A program made the translations under genes and the position numbers. Positions 1 to 12,597 of a stretch of 64,000 nt of DNA are shown here, in pieces. Source of the stretch: Albugo candida (taxonomy: Eukaryota); the NCBI GenBank assembly GCA_040437565.1, contig JBDOQK010000035.1, positions 62,001-126,000 of the forward strand, written 5' to 3'. The notes under the pieces were generated by a model that ran no database searches, was not told the DNA's origin, and worked only from the letters and a program-made list of their open reading frames with translations. The first letter of the stretch is position 1. Every line of letters begins with the position of its first letter.

Positions 1-400
1 CCGAAAAACTCGTCTCCACGCAGTCGATACGTTTTCCCAATGCGTTTGTACAGCTGTTCCACAGCATGTTGCGCGGAAAACGCCTCGATACGACAGGTGG
101 GATCATCGGATGGTACCATTACAAACAGCGGTCGGAGGAGTGCCTGAGGCTCTTTATCGGCGTGTGGACGGATCGTGCATTCATACAGACATCGCTTGTA
201 CGGCGTACTGCTCCAAAAGATGCGCGTGCTTCGAAATCCAAGCGGGAAAATGGATGTTTCCGAGTGGAAATTCGGATTTCCAATGACAATGTTTCCGAGT
301 NNNNNNNNNNNNNNNNNNNNNNNNNNNNNNNNNNNNNNNNNNNNNNNNNNNNNNNNNNNNNNNNNNNNNNNNNNNNNNNNNNNNNNNNNNNNNNNNNNNN

Positions 401-3400
401 TTTGGAATTTACTTTGGGTGCCCAAAATCGATGACTTGGAATCGCAGTTGTCGCTGCGGATGGAAGCATTTCAATCTCACGGGCGATTTCACGTCGTCCA
501 AATCCGAAAAACTCGTCTCCACGCAGTCGATACGTTTTCCCAATGCGTTTGTACAGCTGTTCCACAGCATGTTGCGCGGAAAACGCCTCGATACGACAGG
601 TGGGATCATCGGATGGTACCATTACAAACAGCGGTCGGAGGAGTGCCTGAGGCTCTTTATCGGCGTGTGGACGGATCGTGCATTCATACAGACATCGCTT
701 GTACGGCGTACTGCTCCAAAAGATGCGCGTGCTTCGAAATCCAAGCGGGAAAATGGATGTTTCCGAGTGGAAATTCGGATTTCCAATGACAATGTTTCCG
801 AGTGAGTGAACAGTAAGTGTTCCAATGCGATAACAAATCGTTTGCGTGGTGTAAAGCGTTTGTAGAATCTGTTTGGAATCGATGGTCGTCGGGTACACTG
901 CCGAATCCATTCGCACTTTACCGATCTCCGCATTTGGATCCACGCGATTGCCAACGCACGCTTCCGCATGCGTCGATTCCGGGCACCATACATTCCACGC
1001 GGAAGAGAAGACACAGCCGGCGCGTACAGCACATGGAAAATGGTACTGACGAGGACATCGGGTCGCTGCACAGACAATAGAGGCGCCAGTGTGTCCACAG
1101 ACTTGACATCGATTGTGTCGACTTTTACTTCGCGCGTGGGCACACTTTACAATGAGTCTCAGAATCGGATCGTACGAAGTTCCATGGGCCCATAACGCGC
1201 AAAACAAATGCGTCCAAAGCTCCACATCCGCGAGGTACAAAAGCCTTCCACAAGTCGATTCATCGCCGATACGCGCACACAACGCACAAGCGCGTGTTTC
1301 CACACACGACAGCGGAGCAATATGTCGTTCAGGCTCTTTGGGTACGTTTTTACGAGCAGATCGACGTGCATACTGACTTTTGATCATTTGGATATCATTT
1401 TCAAGTGATAGAGCGATTTCTTTGGAACGTAATGCGTCGAGAACGTCCGAGGAGAGGTTCCGATTCGTAGGCTTTCGATCGACTGGAATTCCGAGCACAT
1501 GTAACACCACAGGTGTGAGCGGTGGATGGCCGTACAAAAGACGCGCACACGCAATCAATGCCGCACAACTGGCAGCTTGTGAGACGATTGTGGCCATCGC
1601 ATCGGGCGGATGTGCTTGTAATCCATGCAACGAGTACACTTGCTCGTGTTTCCGCGTCTTTCGACGTTCGGAAGCACGAGGACCACGTGCGTATCGTTTG
1701 AATCGAATGTATCGACTCGCTTTGGCGTAAAGCCATTGCGGTACCCGATGAATCGCGCGTTGCGTGGTGTTCTCCAATGCGAGTTTTGTGAGACATTGCT
1801 CGCCGAGACGAAGAATGTACAGGTAGATCGCGATATGAGCCTGACAGTGTTTCCATCGACGCATACGAGCGACCTGTTCTCTGGCGTGTTTCCATTGCGT
1901 GTGGCAGGATCGACGGATTGCTTGGGTGTCTGCGACAGCAACAGAGAGTTTCCAACGCTTTCTCTGTTCCTCCAGCGAGCCATTGGGTGCATTTAAATGC
2001 GATCGATTCTTTTTCCGGCAGTGGGGACACACGTACAACGCATTCCGATCGCATGTGAGGGACGGATACGTCTCTGTGACGAGAGGATCGCATGTCGGAT
2101 GCATCCATCGATCACATACGTCACATTGAATCAACGCATCGTTGTGATCCCATTTCTCCATACAAATTGGACATTTGTCAGTCGTACGCTTTTTCTTTGT
2201 GAATTGTCGCGTACTTTGTTGTATCCATTGCTGCTGACGTTCACAACACTGCAGGCAGAGATCAGAGACGAAGCTGTACGTGTTGGAAGCCCCGGGCGTT
2301 TGGCATTGTTTGCATTCGACGCATTGACCGCAATACACAGTTGTGACCGTGTCGAGACGTAAGAAAGCGTGGGCTTTTCGAGCTTGTTCCGAGTTGATTG
2401 GAGGGTCCATACACGTTTTATGAGCGCCTTTGCCGCATTTTGGACACGTGAGAACGCCTTCTCTCTTGTGACACACGCGACATTCGATACAATTGGGGCA
2501 ATAGAACGCATTCGATCGATTCCAAGCGCAAGCATCCGATATGACGCAAAATGTATGGACGGCCTGAGCGCAATCCGCACAGAAAACAAGCGTACCGTTT
2601 GGATCGGAGCTCGCACAAACCACACAGAGATCCAGCCACGCATACGTGTGTGCAAACGATCGCGTCCATCGCATGACAATGAGATTCTCTTCCGTTTCCC
2701 ACAGAGAAATACGCACAGGTCGTAAGTCTGTCTGAAGAGTCCATTTCCTCGCCAAAGTCGACGTCGAATCGCTACGATCGTGTTGGATTGTTTCTTGTGG
2801 TTTTTGTGTCGGTGTGTGTTGGACAATTTGACTTTCGTGGCGGTGGAGAAGCGCTCTTTTGATTGCGGAATTTGGCGGTAATTGACGTTGTGCTGCCTGT
2901 AGCATCACTGTCAGATATTTATCGCCATAGGAATGTTCCGTGCCAAAACATCGACGTGCGAGCTTCAATCCTTTGCCGTAAAAGCGCCAGGCTTCCCGCC
3001 AAATCCAGAAATCATTCTCCTTGGAATTGAATGTCACTGCATTGAAGCAAATGAGCTCAAAGTCGTCTTGAAGCGCTCGGAATTGGGTGTCGACATATCG
3101 TTCTGCGGTCAGTACTTTGTGTTGCATTGTCGCCACATCCATCGGCTCTTTGATGATCTCAAAATAAGACGCTGGTGCGATTTCGCGTGTCACGGGACTG
3201 GAAAACACTTGGAGTTTGTCTTGTTGTGCGAGCTTTTTGATAAAGCCCAATGCGATCACTTGGCGGCATCGGAGGCATTGGAAATGTTGCCAGTCCGTTG
3301 GTGAGGTGTCAAATGTCAATTCACTTGCGATCTCTTCCGATAGTTTCGCATCGGGCGCGTTGGAAGCCCACAGATCGATTGTTGGGATTGGGATTCCATT

Positions 3401-6400
3401 CACGGGGAAGGAGAATGCTTTTTCCATTGCTTCTTTCAACGCAAATTGAGCTTCTGCATGCGCATCACACTGTCTGAATGGAAGAAGCGATGTCTCTGTA
3501 TGTTGCCTCCCTTCGCATTCGGGATGAATGTATCGTCGACACGTCGAGCAGGAGAGTAAGGAGAGCTCTTTTCGTGGTGTGAGAGCGTTGAGAATGCGAT
3601 AACAAACGCTGCAGAATTGATCCGTGCGGTACAAAGGCTCACAAGCGGCACAGAGAGATACGATTGCGAGTGGAAGTCGCCAACGAATCCATATTTCCTC
3701 GTCACGGCTTTGATTGCATCCAGCACAAACATCACATTCCGCGCAGATAAATGGCAATGAGACGCTCTCCAACTCGCTGTGGTCGTAAGGATCTCGGATT
3801 ACGATGGAATTCACGTATGGAGGATCCGTACAAGTCGCATGGAAGTTGTGTTTGCATCGCTGACACGAAACAAGCGATTCATTCGGGTTCATGGATGGAA
3901 GTCGACAGCTCGCACAAAGCTTTTGATCGCTCTCTGCCAGTGAATGAGGATCCACCGCTACCAATTGTGCGCTCAATTGCGTGTGGGCGATACGCGCACA
4001 CGTTCGCTCACTTGAAAGTGTGAATTCACGTGAAGAAGCGTCGTATTCCGTCACTTGAGACCAATGCATTGCGTCCTGAGAGAGCCTCACTTTTGCGTGA
4101 AGAAGCATTTCGGGGAAGCGAATCGCAGTCTTTCGACAGGCAATCAGTGCGTGTTGTTGTGTACGCAATTGTTCCTTCTGAACGAATGCATCAAACGGAG
4201 AAGATGGAAGCGAGTTGTACGGCCGACAGACGGCTTTGGGGACGTAATGTACCGCTCCACGAGGACGTGCATCTTCACCACAGAGCAATTGGACGAGAAA
4301 GAACGCTTCGGCTTTACTGAATTCATCGGAAAGGATATGTTGCGCCCATTTGTTGGCGTGCAACAAACGAGCAAGGAAACGATCAGAATCTCTGTCAATT
4401 TCGATCAGAGGATCCTTTCGAGGATACAGCACAGGAAGGGAGTCCAAAGGCAGTGATTGACGTACGCCGTCCGCGAACACAACCTCAAACATCTTTGATT
4501 CCGTGCAGGATGCCACGTATCCTTGGAGCCACACGCGATCGATCGGAGAGAATATCAACACAATGCTTCCCAAAAAGCGATTTCCAGTGAGTTGCACGCT
4601 TGCAGGACGTTCCATTGGGTATGGCACTTGCGTGTGGGTGTGTGTCTCTAACCGCTTTCCAAATATTTCCATTGCTAACAACATTTGTTTCGAGTAGCGA
4701 AAACGTTTGCGCTTCCGACTTCGTTTCATTCGTTTGAGACACGTGAGACAAAACCACGGCGAGCAAGGTGGAGTAGTAGCATTTGTATCGAGCGCTCGAG
4801 CGAGCATCACGCCACATGCAGCTTCTGTTTGGCGATCCGAGTATTCCTTATCGTCAACATGGAGCGAGGTATCCGTCCAGGAACCCTTTCCAACGATCAA
4901 ATGATACGTTTGCTGGCAATCATCACACGTTATAGGAACATGACTGCGCTCTTCCAATGTGTGAGGCTCTCGGGAAGGTCGGAATGCCGATGTGAGACTC
5001 GTTGCGATTGATTTCTCAGTGCACTCATTTGGAGTCATATGAATGGCTTCATGATCGCCGACAAGTCCGTGCGTGAGGTTGAGAGAGCTATTGTTCAGCG
5101 ACACGAAGCGCTCGTTTGTCGGGTCAGCGGGGAGACTTTCGCGTACGACAACCGGTTGTGGCCACTGAATGGGTGTTTCGACTTTGACGACGTGGCGTTT
5201 ACTGTTTGGTTTCTTTGCGATGCGTTTGACGGATTCCGTGCGAGCTTTCCGCTGTTTGAGATGAAATACTGATTTCCGAAGTCGTTTCAGGTCGCTTGGT
5301 GTCTCTATGAACGGTGTTTTCATGCAATGGATACATTCCCAGCGTCCTGCTTCATCGTGGCTCAGTGCTTGTGGAGAGATACAAAAAGACCCGCGACATC
5401 GACTGCAGTTTTGGAGCGTTTGTTTCGAATCTTTCAGCTTGAGAGTTACTGGAACAACTTGGCCGATGATCTGTTGAGCGATAAAGCCTTCTTTCTGATT
5501 GCTGGACGCAAGTTGACGGTACACGCAGTCTGCGCAAAAAATCAATGTTTTCGTTGCATGTTGGAGCCATTCTCTCCATTGCATTTCATTTTTGGAGCTA
5601 TTGGAGCGCTCTGATGTTCGGTATTTGACCTTTTTACGATGCGACGGAGTGGTGACATTGCGCTGTTTTTGTTCCAAAAGTTGAGCGTGCGCTTTCCATT
5701 GAGGCCCAATCTGATTCATGATCTGATTCGGCCATAGTTGACTTCTTTCATGAAACCAGCGGTGGAAACAACGGGTGTGGACGATTTCAGCTTCACAATG
5801 GATACATAGTGTTTGCTGGTCGCTGCTGAGTCGAAATTGGTGGCAGCAAGAGCACTTTTGGATGAATTGCTGGATTTCGGAGTCCGAGTGCGGAGAATGT
5901 AATAGAGTATCTGATTCTTTTTCTGATTCTTTTTCTGATTCCAGGGAAAAATTGGCTTTTTTTACGAGGTTGTCTGTCTCCTTGACGCCCCATGGCTCCT
6001 TTGATTGAATTGATACGTTTTCGACGGTCTCCATTTTTGTAAAAGCCGCAGATTGTCCGTTTGCTTCTGATTCTGCACCTGCATGTGAATCTGAGTCTGA
6101 TACTTCCTGAGTTTGTTCATTGGCGATGTAAGCAGCGAGAGGTATTACAAGGGAATCCCCCAAATCATTGTTTGAAGGACTGCAATTGTAGCAGGTGAAT
6201 GTTTTCGTTTCGAATTTGTCGCCGAATGAGTTCTTTAAGCCAGCCAAACGCTCATCACATTGCGTGTGATAATATCCATTGCATTTGCTGCATCTGCTGA
6301 CAGCCAAAGGAGATGAGAATGAGTAGGGTAGCGCATTGCTATTCGAGGAAGTATCTTCATCGGCTGCAAATAGAAATGTGTCTTTACATCGGACGCAAAT

Positions 6401-6409
6401 GAAGCGCAT
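401..6409 (-). CDS. Trithorax/KMT2(MLL)-like chromatin protein: multiple PHD fingers, Tudor-like segment, bromodomain, extended PHD, FYRN/FYRC; 3' end lost at gap (no SET domain visible)
   Basis: ORF of ~2000 codons. PHD motifs (CASCRL..CQRCKHNFHATC, CVVCAS..CADCAQAVHTFC, CPICME..CDVCDRWMHPTC), bromodomain (YFEIIKEPMDVATM..NAVTFN), ePHD (CALCAR..GRLL..WTHLFCALW..CQVCGHTGASIVC..YHFPCA) and FYRN (IFPLGFRSTRIFWS..RCLYECTI). First ATG at 6409; frame runs into the N gap at 301-400. Confidence 0.85.
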
Positions 6410-7602
6410 CACACTCGATCATATCCCGAAAAAATGTGTTGGAGCGTTTTGAATGGTTTGGTTGTTAGGACGTTAAAGTAGGCGCAAGTCCCCAAGTTTA
6501 GGCCAACCTTTTTCGGACTCGGAGACAAAGTGTCAAAAGTAAAGNNNNNNNNNNNNNNNNNNNNNNNNNNNNNNNNNNNNNNNNNNNNNNNNNNNNNNNN
6601 NNNNNNNNNNNNNNNNNNNNNNNNNNNNNNNNNNNNNNNNNNNNCTTTTTCGGACTCGGAGACAAAGTGTCAAAAGTAAAGACTGGATGGATACTGGATA
6701 GCATCCTTTTCTATATTTGCGTAACGACGTTAGTGAGTCTAGGGTGTTGTGTGCGCACGAAGTAGTAGAGTTAGGAAAGGCGGTTCTGTTAAGCTAATAG
6801 TGCGTATAGAGACGCGAGGAAAGCCTCGTGAATGGCTCTGAACTTTATTATCGTACGATTGTTATGAAGCAGCTGTAAGTGCTATGATGAATTGTATCTA
6901 TCCTACTTTGGATGCAGGGCATTTCGCGTCGATTTTGTGTGTGTACGGGTAGGGATAGAAAGATGGTAAATTGATATACGACAACTTTACTACCAGGCAC
7001 TTTCTTTGTGTCACACCTTGCTTCCAAGCGTTGTGGTAGCAATATAAACAAGACTCAGAAACTTTGATCCGACGAATTCACAAAAGGCGTCGGTTTCCGA
7101 GAGACGTATTCCAATTTAAGTCTCTTTGTACCAAATTAACTTCTTAATCGAACATTCTTGAAACACAATTATTTCCGTTCCTCGGCCGTTGTGTTGAACT
7201 GCTCAAAGATTCATCTTTACTGCTTCAAGCCGTATTGTACTATAGAATGTTAGAAGTCGCTATCTTTCTAAATTCTGTGAAAAAGACACGAAGAAAGCAA
7301 AGGAGATGCTCCTTCTTCGATTTTATTCACTTCATCCATAATTAGAAAAACTTGTCGAAAAAAATACTGCGTGATGAGACACCGTGAACGAATCCTTTCC
7401 AAAGAGATATGATGCGATCAGTTGTCACACGAAATATTCCAATTATCGCTGAGACGAAAGTAACTGTTCAGGTAACCAACATTCCGCATCTCGGTACGAA
7501 TGCGATAGAAATTGACTCTTTTCGGTTCTCTGAACTGTTAATCATCAAGTCGTAACGAGCAGAACAAAGATATAATTTGAACTAGCACACACAATTGCTT
7601 GC

Positions 7603-10113
7603 ATGATTTGGACTCCTATTGCAACAATATGCATGGGTTTATCATCCATAGCAAGCTTCCTTGTTTTGCTAACAATATGCCCGTTTGAATCGCTTGGATT
7701 GCGTAAGATGGGATCGACACAAGTGACAAGAAAGTGTGCGTCATCTGCGTGCTGTGATCGCTCCTGTAGACGCCACAGGAGTGGCTTACGTTCCATACCT
7801 CGGGACGCCAGCGTCACACCAAAGTATCACATGCCCTACAAGTCTCACATGACGCCAAAGTCTCACATTACACCAAAGTCTCACGTTACACCAAAGTCTC
7901 ACATTACACCAAAGTCGCACGTGGTATATAAAGATTTTCTTGTGACACCAAAGTCTCAAATGACACAGGAAGATATGTTTATGACACCAACGTCGCATCA
8001 CAAGGGCAGAGAATCAAATGAAGCCGCGATGTATACATCTCCTTCTTACAACTACAGAGTCCCGCATCTTGGTACAACATCCGATTCTTCACTTCCTGGG
8101 AGCACTCTGCCGTCCACAATACCAATCAACGACTCAACCGGTTCTACGAAGCGTGTCTCCTGTGTCCATTGGCTATTCACCATCCTAATTTTCTACACTT
8201 TTGTTTGGTGTGCTTCCCGCTTCACGTATTTTGTCTGGATGTGGTACAACTTGTCGCGTAATCGTTATCGACTTCGATCCGGCAGCAATTTGACGATGGA
8301 GGATCTGGACAAATTAGGGACAGCTGGTTTTTTGCAACTTGAAGGAGTGCAGAAGACATGGATTCTTCCTCTTCTAATACTCGGAGACGCCTTCCTTTTT
8401 GGTCTCGCACTGAGCATGTTTTCACTGACCTATGAGATATCTCGCCTCGTACGCAAGGGAATGGATCGTGGCATTCGACAGGAACGACATCAGCTCAAAT
8501 GCTATGTTGTTGGTATACATATTGTGCTGATTCCGTTTGTGACGACGGAATTATCTATTGCAATATATTATCACCGGTACACAAAAGGACTTCAATTGAG
8601 TTTATCGGTGATTTACGTATTAGAATGCTTTGTTGTTCTCTATATGCTTTGCATGCTTGCATTTCTCAGCTGGAATGGAAGAAAGTATGAAAATGTGCAT
8701 GGGCGATTTATTGCATCCCCGTTGTATTCCCGCCTCAAACGTCTCATGTACGCACGAAGTCATCGCATGATGAATCCTGGCTGCGATCTTATGTCTTTGT
8801 ATCGTAGGATTGTATACATGGTGTGCATGACGATCTTCCAGGTCACTGTGCTCATCTTCAAGATCAAACCTCACTCACGTGAGATTTTATTCCATTACAT
8901 GGGCATCTCATTGATTCTAGGAACGCTTACGGGTTTCCTACTAGCGATCACAATTGGATGCAGTCAGCTCTGCGTACTTCGTCTTTGCTGGTACTTTCTA
9001 TCTCCTGCTCTTCGTGCAGAGTATCTTGCACGAACAACCTCTGCACAGGCGAGGCGACAACCACTTTCATCAGAGGCAGTCGCACCCATTCCAGTGGCTA
9101 CCACCGCAATCACACAATCCACCGTCTATCAGGAGCTGGGAAGAGCGCTCGCATGTCCTAGCGAATTTCGTGATTTTTCAACACTTCCTCCGCAGAATCC
9201 AGTTTTCGTCTACACTGATATCGAGTCATCCAGCGCTTTATGGGCTGTGGAAAATGGAAGAATTATGCATCAGGCCACGGAGCTACATGACGGTATCTTG
9301 CGCACACTAGCGAGTTGTCATCGCGGATATGAGGTAGCTACCGTCGGGGATTCATTTCAAATCGCATTCCACACTATTCAAGATGCGGTCGAGTATTGTC
9401 TGTCCGTGCAATTGGGGCTCCTCGACACAGAATGGCCACGTGAATTACATGATTTGATTCCAGCAACTAAACGAGAACGCGCCTGCTCAAAGTTATTTAT
9501 CAGAGGCACACGTATTTTCTCAGGTCTTCGTGTTCGGATGGCCATCCACGACGCCAATCTCTGTGAGGGAGTCTTAATACGAGATGTACATGCAATCACG
9601 GGCAAGATTATGTACACGGGTATGTCGGAGCTTATTGCTAAAGAAATGTCAGAATTGGGCTCTGGAGGTCAGATATTAGTGTCTCATCGTATTTACGAGT
9701 GGTTGATTGCACATCGAGCGTGTTTGAGTCATCGGATTGTAATGGAGCCAATTCAAGATCTCTCGAATGCTCAACTTGCGTCTGGCACGGGCGAAGTATT
9801 ACTGCAACTGTACCAAGTTGTACCTGCAGTATTGAAAGCTCGTATTCAGCGTTTTCAGTCTCTTTCGTGTCCTTCAATTCTGCAGTTACCGTCACAAAGA
9901 CAATTAGGAAGAGTATCTCAAGAAGAGCAAGAAGGATTAGTTATGCATCGATTCAAAAGAGCCTGTCTCGATGCAATACAGAAACGAAATTCGAAGGCGT
10001 CGTACACTCGAAGAAGCGTAGGCGTTGAAGACTATGTCAATTTGCAAACTACTCGAGCAAGCGAACCGGAAAGCAAAGCGGTTACCGTCCGATCCGCTGA
10101 GACGGTACGCTAG
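7603..10113 (+). CDS. Multi-pass membrane protein fused to C-terminal class III adenylyl/guanylyl cyclase-like domain (GPCR-like/AC fusion), probable 60-nt intron 8748-8807
   Basis: About 6-7 hydrophobic segments followed by PVFVYTDIESSSALW, GYEVATVGDSFQIAF, FSGLRVRMAIH and GGQILVS. Homologous to 29418-31187. Confidence 0.85.
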   Translation: MIWTPIATICMGLSSIASFLVLLTICPFESLGLRKMGSTQVTRKCASSACCDRSCRRHRSGLRSIPRDASVTPKYHMPYKSHMTPKSHITPKSHVTPKSHITPKSHVVYKDFLVTPKSQMTQEDMFMTPTSHHKGRESNEAAMYTSPSYNYRVPHLGTTSDSSLPGSTLPSTIPINDSTGSTKRVSCVHWLFTILIFYTFVWCASRFTYFVWMWYNLSRNRYRLRSGSNLTMEDLDKLGTAGFLQLEGVQKTWILPLLILGDAFLFGLALSMFSLTYEISRLVRKGMDRGIRQERHQLKCYVVGIHIVLIPFVTTELSIAIYYHRYTKGLQLSLSVIYVLECFVVLYMLCMLAFLSWNGRKYENVHGRFIASPLYSRLKRLMYARSHRMMNPGCDLMSLYRRIVYMVCMTIFQVTVLIFKIKPHSREILFHYMGISLILGTLTGFLLAITIGCSQLCVLRLCWYFLSPALRAEYLARTTSAQARRQPLSSEAVAPIPVATTAITQSTVYQELGRALACPSEFRDFSTLPPQNPVFVYTDIESSSALWAVENGRIMHQATELHDGILRTLASCHRGYEVATVGDSFQIAFHTIQDAVEYCLSVQLGLLDTEWPRELHDLIPATKRERACSKLFIRGTRIFSGLRVRMAIHDANLCEGVLIRDVHAITGKIMYTGMSELIAKEMSELGSGGQILVSHRIYEWLIAHRACLSHRIVMEPIQDLSNAQLASGTGEVLLQLYQVVPAVLKARIQRFQSLSCPSILQLPSQRQLGRVSQEEQEGLVMHRFKRACLDAIQKRNSKASYTRRSVGVEDYVNLQTTRASEPESKAVTVRSAETVR
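7813..7995 (+). repeat. Coding 18-bp minisatellite encoding (T-P-K-S-H-I/V/M)n
   Basis: Repeated ACACCAAAGTCTCACATT-like units; peptide VTPKYHMPYKSHMTPKSHITPKSHVTPKSHITPKSHV...VTPKSQM...MTPTSH. Confidence 0.9.
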
Positions 10114-10213
10114 TCCCCGGCTCAGGTTACCTTTTGGTATTCGGACATTTGCAACGAAGCGAAATAGAGAACGAACTTTTCATCAGACTGAAAGGCAAAT
10201 TGCATTCATTAAA

Positions 10214-11239
10214 TCAAAATTGGGATATGAGAGTTGGATCGGCGTGCTGGAAAGCGATCATGTATATTTTCGTAAATAGTGGAAATTGATCGGCACACGC
10301 ATGTTTTTGTAATATTTGGTATACTTCTTGAGCCGCAAGAGTTCCTTGCAATTTTTGACCATTTAAAATGTCTTGTTCAAGTTTCTCCCATGTGATTGGT
10401 TGTTGCCGAACAAAAGCTTCCGCGCATTTTCGATTGCGTCCACCGAAACACGTTGTTATCAAGTCGGCAATACCACAGCTTTGGAAAAAGGTATCTTCTT
10501 TGATTCCGTCAAAGAATTTGAAACAGAAATGTTTCATTTCCATGAGGCCGATGCGAATAACAGCCGCTTTTGTGTTACCGCCGTATCCTAAGCCGTCACA
10601 GAATCCAGCGCCCAATGCAACGATGTTTTTGATTGCTCCACATAATTCTACTCCATGTGGATCGAGGACGACATCGACGCGAAAAGTACGTGCATTGAAT
10701 AACTCTTTCAGTAACGCTCCATGGCACAGATCCGAGCAGCCAAGCGTAGACTCACAAAAGTCGCCTGCAGCAACTTCATTTGCAACATTTGCGCCCATCA
10801 AAACACTGCAATCGATGTTGAGCGTGTCACGTATCATATTTGAAATTAAAACGATTCCATGCTCGTTAAAATCAATACCTTTGATTAGTGATACTGCAAT
10901 AGCTGACGATGTTAATCCTTGTGACTTGATACGAGGTAGCATTGCCCCCAAGAACTGATGTGGAACACAGAAAATTAAAATATCAGCCCCTTTCACGGCT
11001 TCTATCAAGTCTGGAATCGCAACGACATTTTCTGGTAATTTATATCCAGGTAAATACTTGACATTCTCATGTTCGGTATTGATTATTTCCGTCAGGTTTC
11101 TTCCTTTCACCTGTTCTTCAAATACCCACATGTTCACTTGCGAGTCGAATTTCGGATTGTGAGCTGCATTGTCTCCAATGATCCGTGCAATCGCAGAGCC
11201 CCAATTTCCCGATCCGATCAAACAAACTTTTCTGGCCAT
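10214..11239 (-). CDS. GPD1: NAD-dependent glycerol-3-phosphate dehydrogenase
   Basis: [65 protein letters not shown]. Likely start at MARKV (11239); an upstream in-frame ATG lies at 11287. Confidence 0.96.
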   Translation of the reverse strand: MARKVCLIGSGNWGSAIARIIGDNAAHNPKFDSQVNMWVFEEQVKGRNLTEIINTEHENVKYLPGYKLPENVVAIPDLIEAVKGADILIFCVPHQFLGAMLPRIKSQGLTSSAIAVSLIKGIDFNEHGIVLISNMIRDTLNIDCSVLMGANVANEVAAGDFCESTLGCSDLCHGALLKELFNARTFRVDVVLDPHGVELCGAIKNIVALGAGFCDGLGYGGNTKAAVIRIGLMEMKHFCFKFFDGIKEDTFFQSCGIADLITTCFGGRNRKCAEAFVRQQPITWEKLEQDILNGQKLQGTLAAQEVYQILQKHACADQFPLFTKIYMIAFQHADPTLISQF

Positions 11240-11431
11240 GAGTCTATGAAACTGGATTGTGTGGCCACAAGCAGAATTACTACACATATAATTACATAAT
11301 AATAGGATCTACCTACTCGAATGTGGAAAACAAACCCAAACTAAACGCAAAATTTGTATTATCGTATCCTATAAAATCTAAGACAGAGCTCAATTGCACG
11401 CACGCATTTATGTATACATTGAATTGACCAG

Positions 11432-12286
11432 TTAAGGCACAGTGCACACGGGGCATTTATCCGTCCCGTTAAGATATTGCAACCCAAAGCTATTTTCAGC
11501 TTCTGTTGATTTGTAATCGACGTCTTTGAACATAAAGTAAACGTACGGTGCTTGACCGGGATTCTCTGCAGCAAGTTGCTTATAATATGTAAACAGCTTA
11601 CACATCATATCCAATGACGGTGGGTTCTTGACTGCCGGTTGTCCACTGGTAGTATACCCTGTTTCGGAAAGGCCTACTTGTAACGCGCCATACTTGTTGT
11701 GCACAGAGTCGAGTTCCAATTTTAAATCAGCAGCTGCGCTCGTCAACACCTCTGAAGAGAAAAAAGGATGAATGGATGCAAGCATGTAATCAACCTTGGG
11801 CTGGAGTGGAGATAGATCTATTTGGATAAACTCGGTCATTCGTTCACACAATGCGAGCTTGAGGTATTTCATATTTTGATTGAGGCACTTTTTGACAGCG
11901 TCGATGTGACTTCCCATTATTGGAATTGTTAAACTTCGATCTTGCATGTTTTCATTTCCCATACAAATTGTGTTGAAGGCGGCCCCTTTTGAGTTCACAA
12001 TTGCACATCCTTGTTCGATATTCTGCAAGTTTATAGAGAATATTATTTGCAAGCCATTCTTCAGCGCAAGGTCGGCCAAGCTCACATGGTCTTTCCACTC
12101 ATACAATCGTACAAGGTCAAATCCATACTGTTTCATCGCCTTGAAATCTCTATCGACCATTTCATCATTTTTGACTTTGCTGATATCATATGAAACGCCT
12201 TTCAATCGCGCGACTGCTGACTCAATTTCTCTGGTAAAAAATGCGACCAAAACGATTATGAGGCTGAGAATACACTGCTTGAGCAT
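11432..12286 (-). CDS. Secreted glycoside hydrolase family 17-like (beta-1,3-glucanase/transglucosylase)
   Basis: N-terminal signal peptide, then GVSY, VRLY, ICMGNE (acid/base), IHPFF, LSETGY (nucleophile) and ENSFGL. Confidence 0.85.
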   Translation of the reverse strand: MLKQCILSLIIVLVAFFTREIESAVARLKGVSYDISKVKNDEMVDRDFKAMKQYGFDLVRLYEWKDHVSLADLALKNGLQIIFSINLQNIEQGCAIVNSKGAAFNTICMGNENMQDRSLTIPIMGSHIDAVKKCLNQNMKYLKLALCERMTEFIQIDLSPLQPKVDYMLASIHPFFSSEVLTSAAADLKLELDSVHNKYGALQVGLSETGYTTSGQPAVKNPPSLDMMCKLFTYYKQLAAENPGQAPYVYFMFKDVDYKSTEAENSFGLQYLNGTDKCPVCTVP

Positions 12287-12597
12287 TTTTAGAGAGATGG
12301 TAAATTGGATTATGGATAGTATACTCAGACAATTCGATCAGTTCACTGGAAAATTTGCCAAGCTGAACTGTATTCTCACATTATCAGCAGATGTCTGATA
12401 TTCTTTTATGTCGTCAGTGTTGCCTATGCAAATCAAATAGAAACACTATACGATCTTTTCATATACTTAACACATGGTTTACTCTATGGCAAATCGCGTG
12501 TGTTGCTCGATCAGTTGACTATATTAAAAAATTCAGTCCACCAATGTGTGGAAACATTACTTATACGAATACATTCAAAATTACAGTTATACACATG

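Noticed and set aside
1-803. Direct repeat 1-300 = 504-803 and the apparent 2097-aa ORF end at 119
   Set aside because: Identical copies flanking a 100-N gap indicate unmerged contig overlap; the ORF is translated through Ns.
5910-5941. TCTGATTCTTTT short tandem repeat (ESEKESEKES)
   Set aside because: Ordinary low-complexity coding repeat in a disordered region.
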